33,760 nucleotides of DNA from a virus (Duplodnaviria; Caudoviricetes), in IMG/VR virus record IMGVR_UViG_3300020314_000013, positions 1 to 33,760 of that record; one strand, given 5' to 3'. Both the position numbers and the translations under genes were made by a program. Of this stretch, positions 1 to 8,602 are shown piece after piece; within the stretch, counting starts at the first letter, position 1, and each line of letters begins with the position of its first letter. Below the pieces are notes generated by a model, which searched no databases, was not told where the DNA came from, and saw only the letters and a program-made list of their open reading frames with translations.

Positions 1-98
1 ACACACTCAAGCCGCACTTCGGAGCATCATAACTTGCACAACAAGTTAGGATGTGGAGGGTGCTTATAGCGTGTTATCAGTAGGTTACAAAAAGTGTA

Positions 99-129
99 TT
101 GACAAAGGATTTGCGGGTATGTGTATAAT
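99..129 (+). promoter_or_regulatory. sigma70-type promoter for terS/late region, 19-bp spacer
   Basis: Perfect TTGACA (99-104) and TATAAT (124-129), 19 nt apart, upstream of terS. Confidence 0.6.
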
Positions 130-158
130 CTCCTTCCGAAGAGTTATGGATCTTGGAC

Positions 159-593
159 ATGACGAAAGCAAATACAGAACAACAAGCCAAGTACAAGAAC
201 GGTGTAGTACCAATGCAAGACATTGATAAACACGCACCAACATTACGCACACAGCACAACAAAGTAACTGATGCTCAAGCTGAAATAGTGCATATGATCT
301 TGCATGATGGTTGCAACCCAAAGACTGCTGCTGAACGCTTGGGTAGGAACAAAGCTTGGGCTTATAATACACTGAATAAACAACACGTTATAGACTACAG
401 ACAAGAGCTGGCTACGAAGACATTAGGATGGTCTGCTACACAGGCGATGGCGACCATGACAGAACTGCTAGCAAGTAAGTCACAACACGTTAGGCTTGAA
501 GCCGCTAGGGACTTGATGGATAGAGCAGGATTTAGACAGGACACAAACAACACTCCGTCTACTGCGGTACAGATTAACTTCAATGTTGACTAG
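159..593 (+). CDS. terS: terminase small subunit (HTH-containing)
   Basis: HTH-like AAERLGRNKAWAYNTL and C-terminal VRLEAARDLMDRAG...VQINFNVD typical of small terminases; upstream of terL. ATG at 159 (track uses TTG 153). Confidence 0.7.
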   Translation: MTKANTEQQAKYKNGVVPMQDIDKHAPTLRTQHNKVTDAQAEIVHMILHDGCNPKTAAERLGRNKAWAYNTLNKQHVIDYRQELATKTLGWSATQAMATMTELLASKSQHVRLEAARDLMDRAGFRQDTNNTPSTAVQINFNVD

Positions 594-704
594 GGGTCCC
601 ATCTGTCAATATGCTCGTCACAGAGACGACCTTAAAAAACAGAGCGTCAACATACAGAAGGTAAATCACACTCACGATATTTTTTTTAAGCCAAGGAGAC
701 GAAA

Positions 705-1406
705 ATGGGTGAATCAACATCAGAAGGTGGCGTAGACAAAAGCGGTTTCATACAAGACAAGAGATCACGAGCAGAGGCTAGAGCAAGAGCTGACGCACAG
801 AGCAGAGCTAAGTTAGAGAGAGCTGGCAAACGATCTGGTTACGGTAAAGGTATTTATGAAAGATCGAAAACCGTTACTCAATCTCGTCAAGAGCTTGCTG
901 ACAGAGATTTGAATCGAAGGGCTACCGATGGTCAAGTTTCTCAGAGGAACCAGCAATTGCCATCTGTCGCTGGTGCAGCTATGAGAGGTATAAATAATTT
1001 TGGCAAAAGCAGAGCCAAAGATATTCAGGGTAAAATAGCGGCTGGTGGTACTCGTGTTTACGATGAACGTGGTCGTATTCAAGGAGTAGTTTCTACTGCC
1101 AACACTATTTTTGGGCCTCAACAGGTTTATACTGGATCTGGTAGTTATAATCCAAGGGATACTGGTGCCAAGATTGGAACGATTACTGGTGCTAGAGATG
1201 GAACAAAGGGTTATCAAAGCAAAGGTCCTGCTGAATTCGGTGGTGGTATTAGTGACGATGAATCTAATGTTCCTGTTATGAGGGACTCTACTGGATCGAC
1301 ATTATCTGACACAAAGATGAGCAGTGCTGCCAAGAGTAAGGCTGTTAGGAACATGGCCGCTTCTGGGACTGCTCTTGCCCAGAGACAGTTTTTGAAGACA
1401 AGTTAA
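705..1406 (+). CDS. hypothetical G/R/S-rich protein, possibly virion-associated
   Basis: 233-aa ORF, AAGGAG RBS, TAATG coupling to terL. Confidence 0.75.
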   Translation: MGESTSEGGVDKSGFIQDKRSRAEARARADAQSRAKLERAGKRSGYGKGIYERSKTVTQSRQELADRDLNRRATDGQVSQRNQQLPSVAGAAMRGINNFGKSRAKDIQGKIAAGGTRVYDERGRIQGVVSTANTIFGPQQVYTGSGSYNPRDTGAKIGTITGARDGTKGYQSKGPAEFGGGISDDESNVPVMRDSTGSTLSDTKMSSAAKSKAVRNMAASGTALAQRQFLKTS

Positions 1407-2947
1407 TGAAGCTTGACTACAACCCTCCGGGGCCAGTTGCCAAAACTTTTATGAAGGACAAGTCTTTTGTTCGTGGTATTCGTGGCCCTGTTGGATCTGG
1501 GAAGTCTGTTGCTTGCTGTATGGAGTTAATGCGTATAGCGGTTAATCAGAGTCCTAATAAATCTGGTGTAAGGAGAACAAGGTTTGCTGTTATTCGTAAT
1601 ACGAATCCACAGTTAAAGACCACAACAATCAAAACTTGGCGTGATTGGTTCTCCGATGAGGTAGGGAGGTTTGTTTGGTCGCCTCCTTATACTCATAATA
1701 TTTATTTTGCATTAGCCGATAAAACCATTGTTGAGTGCGAAGTCATCTTTTTGGCTTTGGACAAGCAAGAGGATGTAAAGAAGCTTTTGTCTTTAGAGTT
1801 GACTGCCGTATGGGTCAACGAAGCCAGAGAAATTCCAAAGAGTATTATAGATGCTTGTACCATGAGATGTGGTCGCTTCCCCTCGATGAGAGATGGCGGT
1901 CCTACTTGGTATGGTGTCATCATGGACACAAACTCTCCTGATGAAACTCATTGGTGGGCAATTATGTCTGGTGAAGCTCCTGCTCCTGAGTATATGTCAG
2001 ATGATGAAAAGCTATTGCTTGTAAAACCTGATGACTGGACATTTTTTTCTCAGCCGCCAGCTATGAAGGAAATCCTGGACAAGGAAGGTAATCTTACTGG
2101 ATATGAAAAGAACTCCAAGGCAGAGAACCAAGAGAATCTACAATCCGATTATTATGATAAAATTATTCTTGGCAAAAGTTCGATGTGGGTCAAAGTATAT
2201 GTCTTGAACCAATATCAATCATTGCTAGATGGCAAACCTGTCTATCCGGCATTCAGAAAGGAGACTCACGTTGCGAACTCCCCGATACAACCCATACAGG
2301 GTAAGGACGTTATCATCGGTATTGATTTTGGAAGGACGCCATCGGCAGTTTTCTCCCAACAGACCACATTTGGGCGTTGGATTATTTTCCACGAAGTCAT
2401 TGGACAGGATATGGGAGCTGGAAGATTTGCAGAAGTCCTCAAAAAAGAAATCTCCAAAAACCAGTGGTCAGAGCTAGATTTTAAGTTTATTGGTGATCCT
2501 GCTGGTAATCAGATGGCACAAACATCCGAGCATACGCCGTTTATGATACTTAGAGCTGCTGGCATTACAGCCTACCCTGCTCCTAGCAACGATATACAAA
2601 TGAGAATTGAGTCCGTTGAATCTGTGCTAAACCGCATGACTGATGGAACTCCGTCACTTACCATTAGTCCGACTTGTACAGTTTTGATTTCTGGGTTCGA
2701 AGGCGGCTATCAGTACAAAAGAACTTATAATATGGGTCGTGAAACACATGATGACCGCCCATCAAAGAATCGTTTTTCTCATATACATGATGCTTTACAA
2801 TATGCAATGTTAGGCGGCGGTGAAGGAAGGAGAGTTATTCTCGGTGGTAGATCAACATTTTCCCCTACAACCGTTGTTAGGGTAGGAAATCCTTTTGATC
2901 GTTTGAAACAACGGAATAAACCAAAGAAACGTTTTGCAAGACTATGA
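1406..2947 (+). CDS. terL: terminase large subunit
   Basis: Walker A GPVGSGKS, Walker B-like VWVNEARE, MDTN coupling motif, nuclease GIDFG and HIHDALQY. Confidence 0.95.
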   Translation: MKLDYNPPGPVAKTFMKDKSFVRGIRGPVGSGKSVACCMELMRIAVNQSPNKSGVRRTRFAVIRNTNPQLKTTTIKTWRDWFSDEVGRFVWSPPYTHNIYFALADKTIVECEVIFLALDKQEDVKKLLSLELTAVWVNEAREIPKSIIDACTMRCGRFPSMRDGGPTWYGVIMDTNSPDETHWWAIMSGEAPAPEYMSDDEKLLLVKPDDWTFFSQPPAMKEILDKEGNLTGYEKNSKAENQENLQSDYYDKIILGKSSMWVKVYVLNQYQSLLDGKPVYPAFRKETHVANSPIQPIQGKDVIIGIDFGRTPSAVFSQQTTFGRWIIFHEVIGQDMGAGRFAEVLKKEISKNQWSELDFKFIGDPAGNQMAQTSEHTPFMILRAAGITAYPAPSNDIQMRIESVESVLNRMTDGTPSLTISPTCTVLISGFEGGYQYKRTYNMGRETHDDRPSKNRFSHIHDALQYAMLGGGEGRRVILGGRSTFSPTTVVRVGNPFDRLKQRNKPKKRFARL

Positions 2948-3339
2948 ATTGGGTAATTTGCTTTAAGAAAGCTAAAAATATTGGCCTTTGGAAACTATTT
3001 ACTTCTCGTAGACCTGATTTTGGTCATGTTTTTGCTGTTCATTACAGTGTAGACCTAGATTCTTGGTTCAAATTTGAGTATTCAACCCAAAGATTTCACT
3101 TTGACTGCTATAGAGGTGAAGATGCTAACTATTTAATATATGATTTGGTTGAAAATTGTACTTGTGTCTCTATAGACCACCTTCATTCTTTTAGTTACTT
3201 ACCTAGATGGTTATATTGCGTTAGTTTTGTAAAACATATGGTTGGGATTAGTAAGCCTTGGATTTTGACACCTTATCAACTCTATTGTGAATTGATAAAT
3301 TCTGGTGGAGAGGTCATATTCACTAAAGAAGGAGATTAG
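2944..3339 (+). CDS. hypothetical protein, possible permuted papain-like (NlpC/P60-related) fold
   Basis: 131 aa, ATGA overlap with terL; FGHVFAV ... YCVSFVK ... LTPYQLY with His before Cys. Confidence 0.55.
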   Translation: MNWVICFKKAKNIGLWKLFTSRRPDFGHVFAVHYSVDLDSWFKFEYSTQRFHFDCYRGEDANYLIYDLVENCTCVSIDHLHSFSYLPRWLYCVSFVKHMVGISKPWILTPYQLYCELINSGGEVIFTKEGD

Positions 3340-3341
3340 TT

Positions 3342-3572
3342 ATGGGTTTTTTTGGTGGTGGTACTCCTCCTCCCGATCCTGAATTGGAAAAAATGAAGGC
3401 AGAGGAAAGAGCCAAAGCAGAAAAAGAAAAGAAAGAGGAAGAAGCCAGAAAGAAAGAAGCTGATCGTGTCAGGCGTAATAATCTTGTTGGTCAAAGATCT
3501 CTTCAAGATGAAGGCATCGAGGGTTTTAGTGGCTTTAGAAGAATGGGCAAAAACAAATCTATAAGGTATTGA
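3342..3572 (+). CDS. small charged virion protein preceding the portal
   Basis: 76 aa, AGGAG RBS, GGG-PPPP N-terminus and coiled-coil; position like T7 gp6.7/7.3. Confidence 0.65.
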   Translation: MGFFGGGTPPPDPELEKMKAEERAKAEKEKKEEEARKKEADRVRRNNLVGQRSLQDEGIEGFSGFRRMGKNKSIRY

Positions 3573-3573
3573 T

Positions 3574-5148
3574 ATGTATGATGGTGCCGAATCTCCCGTA
3601 GGCGTAAGTGGAGATAAAAAAGAAGTATCAATGGTTCTTGATAAATTCAAGAAAGCTAAGATGCGTTGGAACTCATGGTCTGATATATGGGAAGAGTGTT
3701 ACGATTATGTTCTTCCTCATCGTGAAAGTTTTTATCAAGAGTCTGCTGCTCAACGTAGAACTGAAAATATCTATGATGAAACAGCCGTTGTAGGTTTGCC
3801 AAAGTTTGCATCTAGGCTTCAGTTAGGTTTCTTCCCACCCAACGGAAGAGCTTTTCGTCTTATGCCCGGTCCTGAGTTTCCAAAAGAGATGCGCAGCGAT
3901 AAAAAGATTATGGCTGAGTTGGATACTATTACTGATCTTCTCCACGAGGGTCTTCGTAATTCTAATTTTAATGCAGAGCTTCATGAAGGTTTCCAAGACT
4001 TAGGTCTGGGGACTATGAATCTTATTGTAGAAGAAGGTAGATTTAACGGTGATCTACACTTTACTTCAGTTTCTCCTACTAATCTTGCTATATTGCCAGG
4101 ATCGTTAGATTCAATATCGGGTTGGTTTAGATGGAATTATGATATTGAGCTTCAGGAGATAAGACAAAAATACCCTAAAGCTAAACTGTCAGCCGAAATG
4201 ATTACCCAGATGAAAAGAAACCCATCTAGGAAAACCAAAATCATTGAAGCTACTTGTTTAGATACGTCAAAGAAATTTGAAGATGTTTATAATTACTATC
4301 TAATTTCAGAAACAGATAACATTATACTTGAAAAGTATGAGATGAAAGGTCGTGGATCTGTTCCTTGGATCACTACACGATGGTCTAAGTCTGGGTTTGA
4401 AGTTTGGGGTCGTGGTCCTGTTTTGCAAGCAATGCCAGCAATCAAGACTTTGAATCTTACAGTTCAGCTCATTCTCGAAAACGCTGAAATGGCTATATCT
4501 GGTTCTTATGTGTATGATGATGATGGTGTCTTTAATCCTGACAACGTTACTATACAGCCCGGAACTTTCATACCAAGAAGCCCCGGCTCAAGAATAGATA
4601 CCTTGCAAAATGCTGGACGCTTTGATGTAGCGCAGCTTGTTCTTGATGATATGCGACGTAACGTTAGGAAAGCTTTATTTATAGATGAGCTAGATACAAG
4701 ACCCAATGCTAGGACGCCTCTTTCTGCTACTGAAGTTTCTGAAAGGTTAGCTGATGTAGCTAGGGATATGGGTGCTGTTGCTGGTCGCATGCAAAAAGAG
4801 TTTTTAACTCCGCTTGTTGAAAGAATTATAAAGATATATTCTGATCAGGGTTTGGTTAAGCTGCCTAAGGTCGATGGCAGAACTCTAAGAATTGTTCCTG
4901 TTTCACCCTTATTAAGAGCGCAAGATCAACAGGATGTTTCTGATTTTGTAAGATTTCAACAAACTGTTGCTGGTACATTCGGTCCTGAGATAACAGCAGC
5001 ACTATATAATCAGGAAGAAGTTATAAGATTTTTGGCTTCTAAATTTGGTATTCAAGAGGAGTTGTTAGCGGATTCACAACAAGTTCAGCAAAACGCCCAG
5101 TTGATACAGCAGTTAATGTCTGCTCAACAGGGTGGAGGGATGCAGTGA
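3574..5148 (+). CDS. portal (head-tail connector), T7 gp8/BPP-1 type
   Basis: 524 aa; WEECYDYVLP, IYDETAV, EVWGRGP, SATEVSER, VSPLLRAQ motifs. Confidence 0.93.
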   Translation: MYDGAESPVGVSGDKKEVSMVLDKFKKAKMRWNSWSDIWEECYDYVLPHRESFYQESAAQRRTENIYDETAVVGLPKFASRLQLGFFPPNGRAFRLMPGPEFPKEMRSDKKIMAELDTITDLLHEGLRNSNFNAELHEGFQDLGLGTMNLIVEEGRFNGDLHFTSVSPTNLAILPGSLDSISGWFRWNYDIELQEIRQKYPKAKLSAEMITQMKRNPSRKTKIIEATCLDTSKKFEDVYNYYLISETDNIILEKYEMKGRGSVPWITTRWSKSGFEVWGRGPVLQAMPAIKTLNLTVQLILENAEMAISGSYVYDDDGVFNPDNVTIQPGTFIPRSPGSRIDTLQNAGRFDVAQLVLDDMRRNVRKALFIDELDTRPNARTPLSATEVSERLADVARDMGAVAGRMQKEFLTPLVERIIKIYSDQGLVKLPKVDGRTLRIVPVSPLLRAQDQQDVSDFVRFQQTVAGTFGPEITAALYNQEEVIRFLASKFGIQEELLADSQQVQQNAQLIQQLMSAQQGGGMQ

Positions 5149-5405
5149 AGGAGAAAATAAATGTTTCGCCAGATGGTCGTGGATATTCCAAAGAAGTTGA
5201 TAAAGATCTTAATAGTAAAGCCTTTGCGCTTTTTGGTTCAGGTATTGGAAAAGATTTCCTTCAGTATCTCGAATCTATTACAACGAATAACGTCTATCCT
5301 GCGGGGTCTGGAATAGAGTTTCTAGCTCATGCCGAAGGCGCAAGATGGTTAGTTGCAATTATTAAAAAGCGATGTGAAACAGGAAGAAAGCAAGGCGATG
5401 GCTAA
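5145..5405 (+). CDS. Bbp19-like small protein
   Basis: 86 aa directly after the portal; LFGSGIGKDFLQYL...AHAEGARWLV pattern. Confidence 0.6.
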   Translation: MKEKINVSPDGRGYSKEVDKDLNSKAFALFGSGIGKDFLQYLESITTNNVYPAGSGIEFLAHAEGARWLVAIIKKRCETGRKQGDG

Positions 5406-5535
5406 ACCTTCAAATCCAAAACTTTATGCAAGAGCTAAAGCAATAGTAAAATCAAGAGTAAAGAAATGGCCTAGCGCATATGCAAGCGGCCAGTTGGTTC
5501 AGCAGTATAAAAAGATGGGTGGTAAATACTCGTGA
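5398..5535 (+). CDS. small basic protein (DUF5872-like N-part), 45 aa
   Basis: MAKPSNPKLYARAKAIVKSRVKKWPSAYASGQLVQQYKKMGGKYS; ATG 5398, GTGA coupling to next ORF. Confidence 0.65.
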   Translation: MAKPSNPKLYARAKAIVKSRVKKWPSAYASGQLVQQYKKMGGKYS

Positions 5536-5762
5536 GTCTCAAAAAATGGTTTAACGAGAAATGGGTAGATATATCAACCAAGAAAGATGGTAAACATCCT
5601 CCTTGCGGCAGAAAGATGGGTGATGGTAGGAAATACCCAAAATGTGTCCCCCAATCTAAAGCGAGGACTATGAGTTCGGCACAGAAGCAATCGGCTGTGA
5701 GACGCAAAAGATCTACTAACCCTAGCGGTGGTGGTAAAAAACCAACTTATGCGAGGACATGA
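5532..5762 (+). CDS. small basic protein (DUF5872-like)
   Basis: LKKWFNEKWVDI...CGR...YPKCVP motif; coupled on both sides. Confidence 0.65.
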   Translation: MSLKKWFNEKWVDISTKKDGKHPPCGRKMGDGRKYPKCVPQSKARTMSSAQKQSAVRRKRSTNPSGGGKKPTYART

Positions 5763-5920
5763 TGAAAGCTAAACCACTTACTAAACGCCAAAAAGAAACT
5801 ATGAAGAGACATAAACAACATCATACTGCTGCTCATATGAAACATATGACAAAGATGATGGGGCGTGGAGCTACGTTTGGTGAAGCTCATAAGTCTGCTA
5901 TGAAGAAAGTAGGAAAGTAA
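5762..5920 (+). CDS. small His/Met/Lys-rich protein, 52 aa (not in ORF track)
   Basis: MKAKPLTKRQKETMKRHKQHHTAAHMKHMTKMMGRGATFGEAHKSAMKKVGK; TGATG and TAATG overlaps fill the gap exactly. Confidence 0.75.
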   Translation: MKAKPLTKRQKETMKRHKQHHTAAHMKHMTKMMGRGATFGEAHKSAMKKVGK

Positions 5921-6189
5921 TGGCAAAAACTCCTGCATGGCAAAGAAAAGAAGGTAAAAGCAAGTCTGGCGGTCTTAACGAAGCTGGAAGACGATCTTTG
6001 CGTAGGCAGGGCAAAAATATTAAACGTCCTGTGTCTGCAAAACAGGCTAAGAAGTCTCCAAAAGCAGCAGCAAGACGTAAATCATTTTGTAAGCGTATGA
6101 TGGGTATGAAGAAAAAGCTTACAAGTAAAAAGACGGCTAATGACCCTAATAGCCGTATCAACAAAGCATTAAGAAAGTGGGATTGTTAA
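5920..6189 (+). CDS. small basic protein (DUF6321-like)
   Basis: GGLNEAGR...RRKSFCKRM...DPNSRINKALRKWDC. Confidence 0.7.
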   Translation: MAKTPAWQRKEGKSKSGGLNEAGRRSLRRQGKNIKRPVSAKQAKKSPKAAARRKSFCKRMMGMKKKLTSKKTANDPNSRINKALRKWDC

Positions 6190-6190
6190 T

Positions 6191-6958
6191 ATGAATGAAG
6201 CGTTACAGGAAAGCGTTGAAACCGAAGCACCAGTAGAGGTTCAGGCACAAGAGATGCAGGAGCAACCTCAGGAGCAAAGCCCTGATAGACCAGATTGGCT
6301 TCCTGCAAAGTTTGAAAGACCAGAGGAACTTGCTGTTAGCTATGGAGAGCTTGAGCGTAAGTTTTATCAAAGAAAAGATGACTTAAAAACAGAAATAGTT
6401 AGTGAACTTAACCAAGAAGCGATGAGTGCTGCTCCTATTAGCCCGGGCGATTATGAAATAAAGATTGAGTCTCCTGAAGGTATGGAGCTTACAGTTGATG
6501 AAAATAGCCCTATGGTTGGCTGGTTTCGTGATAAAGCTCATGAATATGGATTGAGCCAAGAAGAATTTACAACATTAATGAATGAGTATGCTTTTGTTGA
6601 CTCTAATCGTGGTCCAGACTGGAATGTTGAATCAGAAATTTTAGGTGAATATGCAGAGCAACGTTTAGATCGTGTTGACAATTTTATGGAGCAAAATTTA
6701 TCTGAAGAAAGTTATGCTGTTTTTGCCAATGTTCCAGCAAGTGCTGGTATGGTTCAGCTCTGTGAAGAGATTATGGAATTAAATGGTCAACCTAAATTTA
6801 ACATGGTTTCTGAAACAGAATTTCAAGAGAATTTGACTATACATGATCTGAGGGAAATGCAAAAAGACCCGAGGTATTCTGGAAGTCAAAAAGAGCGTGA
6901 TCCAGCGTTTATCAATAAAGTTGGTGCTGGGTTTGCTCAATTAGCGAAGCGAAAGTAA
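6191..6958 (+). CDS. capsid scaffolding protein
   Basis: Acidic 255 aa, RPDWLPAKF...LAVSYGELE, C-terminal MQKDPRY..RDPAF; precedes MCP. Confidence 0.8.
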   Translation: MNEALQESVETEAPVEVQAQEMQEQPQEQSPDRPDWLPAKFERPEELAVSYGELERKFYQRKDDLKTEIVSELNQEAMSAAPISPGDYEIKIESPEGMELTVDENSPMVGWFRDKAHEYGLSQEEFTTLMNEYAFVDSNRGPDWNVESEILGEYAEQRLDRVDNFMEQNLSEESYAVFANVPASAGMVQLCEEIMELNGQPKFNMVSETEFQENLTIHDLREMQKDPRYSGSQKERDPAFINKVGAGFAQLAKRK

Positions 6959-6996
6959 ATGTGAATTTACATTCATAGTTAATTTTGCTTTATTGT
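6958..6996 (+). promoter_or_regulatory. putative MCP promoter with overlapping dyad
   Basis: AATGTGAATTTACATT near-palindrome (6958-6973); TTTACA (6966-6971) -19- TATTGT (6991-6996). Confidence 0.5.
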
Positions 6997-7005
6997 ATGT
7001 ACAGA

Positions 7006-7088
7006 AGGCCCAAAGCGTTGGTGTCAGCCCTAAATGGAGTAGCTCTCCTATCTGGATAACTGAATAAGCCAATGTGTAGGAACAACCT
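7006..7088 (+). ncRNA. structured 5' leader of the major capsid gene (candidate cis-regulatory RNA)
   Basis: Nested pairings AGG/CCT, CGTTGG/CCAATG, TCAG/CTGA, GGAG/CTCC. Confidence 0.4.
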
Positions 7089-7123
7089 GATGGACATGGT
7101 AACTCTAACTTAAGGAGGCTTAG

Positions 7124-7951
7124 ATGGCTACACCATCTATTTCAACAGCCTTTATCGAGGAGTTTGAATCTGGGGTCCACATGGCGTATCAGCGCATGGG
7201 GTCAAAGCTTCGGAACACTGTCCGTACAGCGAATGGTGTGAAGAACAAAACCACATTTCAAAAAATCGGTAAGGGTTTTGCTACCACGAAGGGTAGGCAT
7301 GGTTCGATTCCACCTATGAACCTTAGTCATACAAATGTCAGCGTGACATTAGAAGACTACTTTGCAGGTGAGTGGGTTGACGATCTAGATCAACTTCGTG
7401 TTAATCACGATGAGATGTTAGTTGCACAACAGTCAGGTGCTTATGCACTTGGTCGTAAGACTGATGATCTCATTTTAGCTGCAATGGATACTACAAGCAG
7501 CACACACAACGAAACTACTAACGGCATCACTTTGGCATGGGCTTTAGAGCTTATGGAAAAGTTTGGCAATAATAGCGTTCCTGACGATGGTCAACGTTAC
7601 GTTGTTGTCGGATGGGAACAGTGGTCACAGCTATTAGATTTGGATGAGTTCTCACGAACCAACTATGTTGGTAACGATGAGCTTCCATTTGCTAATGCAA
7701 TGACTGCAAAGCGTTGGCTTGGTTTCATGTGGTTTCCATTCTCAGGCCTGTCAGAAGCAGGTTCCGGTAATGTTGATCGCAAGTGCTTTGCTTGGCATAG
7801 TGGTTCTATTGGACACGCAATCGGAGCTGATGTTTCATCAAACATGCAGTATCACAACGATAAGGACAGTTATTTTGTAATGAATAAAATGCAAATGAAC
7901 TCAACCCTCATCGATGCTGAAGGCTGTTTTGAACTTCAGCTTAAGAAATAG
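7124..7951 (+). CDS. major capsid protein (BPP-1-like)
   Basis: 275 aa, strong TAAGGAGG RBS; AFIEEF..VHMAYQRMGSKLRNTV, AYALGRKTDDLI, WLGFMW. Confidence 0.9.
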   Translation: MATPSISTAFIEEFESGVHMAYQRMGSKLRNTVRTANGVKNKTTFQKIGKGFATTKGRHGSIPPMNLSHTNVSVTLEDYFAGEWVDDLDQLRVNHDEMLVAQQSGAYALGRKTDDLILAAMDTTSSTHNETTNGITLAWALELMEKFGNNSVPDDGQRYVVVGWEQWSQLLDLDEFSRTNYVGNDELPFANAMTAKRWLGFMWFPFSGLSEAGSGNVDRKCFAWHSGSIGHAIGADVSSNMQYHNDKDSYFVMNKMQMNSTLIDAEGCFELQLKK

Positions 7952-7960
7952 GAGGTAGAT

Positions 7961-8233
7961 ATGGCGTTTACACAAGCAAATTTATCTCTCGTTGCTTACA
8001 GCGGAAATGGATTTCATATTTGGCATTACACAACAACTGATGCCAAAGCTGACATTGATACAGCAGGTTATTTTAATAACATGGCTAGTGAAATGAATGT
8101 CGGTGATGTTATCCATGCAAATACTTCAACAGGCGGTACAGCCGAGTATGGTATTTTCTGCGTTAATGCTAATAATGGTACTACCGTAGACGTAGCTGAT
8201 ATGGTCAGCTTGTCAGGTTCGGATAGTGATTAA
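7961..8233 (+). CDS. probable capsid decoration/minor head protein
   Basis: 90 aa, AGGAGG RBS right after MCP; WHYTTTD...IDTAGYFN...GDVI. Confidence 0.65.
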   Translation: MAFTQANLSLVAYSGNGFHIWHYTTTDAKADIDTAGYFNNMASEMNVGDVIHANTSTGGTAEYGIFCVNANNGTTVDVADMVSLSGSDSD

Positions 8234-8361
8234 TGGCTAAGGCACCAGCAAAAAAGAAGGCGGCGGCGAAAGCTGCCCCTTCTGGCTCCAAAACTCTGAA
8301 AAGACGTAATGGAGTAGTAACGATTGGGGCTAGAGCAACATTAGGGAAAAGGGCTTCATAA
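8233..8361 (+). CDS. small Ala/Lys-rich protein, 42 aa (not in ORF track)
   Basis: MAKAPAKKKAAAKAAPSGSKTLKRRNGVVTIGARATLGKRAS; TAATG overlaps at both ends. Confidence 0.7.
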   Translation: MAKAPAKKKAAAKAAPSGSKTLKRRNGVVTIGARATLGKRAS

Positions 8362-8558
8362 TGAATACTAATAAAATTCGTAAGAAGGGTAAAAAAATTA
8401 TTAGCTTTGAAAACCGCACTAAATCTCATGAAAGTGGTTTTAAGCAAAAAAAATTTACCAAACGAGAAGAATTATTAGGTCTTTATTATATTCCTGATCC
8501 AAATTCCCCAATAAATAAATTGATACGTTTTATGGGGAAAAAAGCTAAAGGAGAATAG
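8361..8558 (+). CDS. small Lys-rich hypothetical protein
   Basis: 65 aa, coupled start, AT-rich. Confidence 0.6.
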   Translation: MNTNKIRKKGKKIISFENRTKSHESGFKQKKFTKREELLGLYYIPDPNSPINKLIRFMGKKAKGE

Positions 8559-8560
8559 CT

Positions 8561-8602
8561 ATGGCGAAGAAAAAGCCACGCAAGGGCGGTAGAGGTTACT
8601 AG
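8561..8602 (+). CDS. 13-aa basic micropeptide MAKKKPRKGGRGY
   Basis: AAGGAG RBS at 8548-8553, ATG 8561, TAG 8600-8602 abutting next ATG 8603. Confidence 0.55.
   Translation: MAKKKPRKGGRGY

Noticed and set aside
7301-7312. GGTTCGATTCC, a tRNA T-loop-like sequence
   Set aside because: Lies inside the MCP coding frame with no cloverleaf around it.
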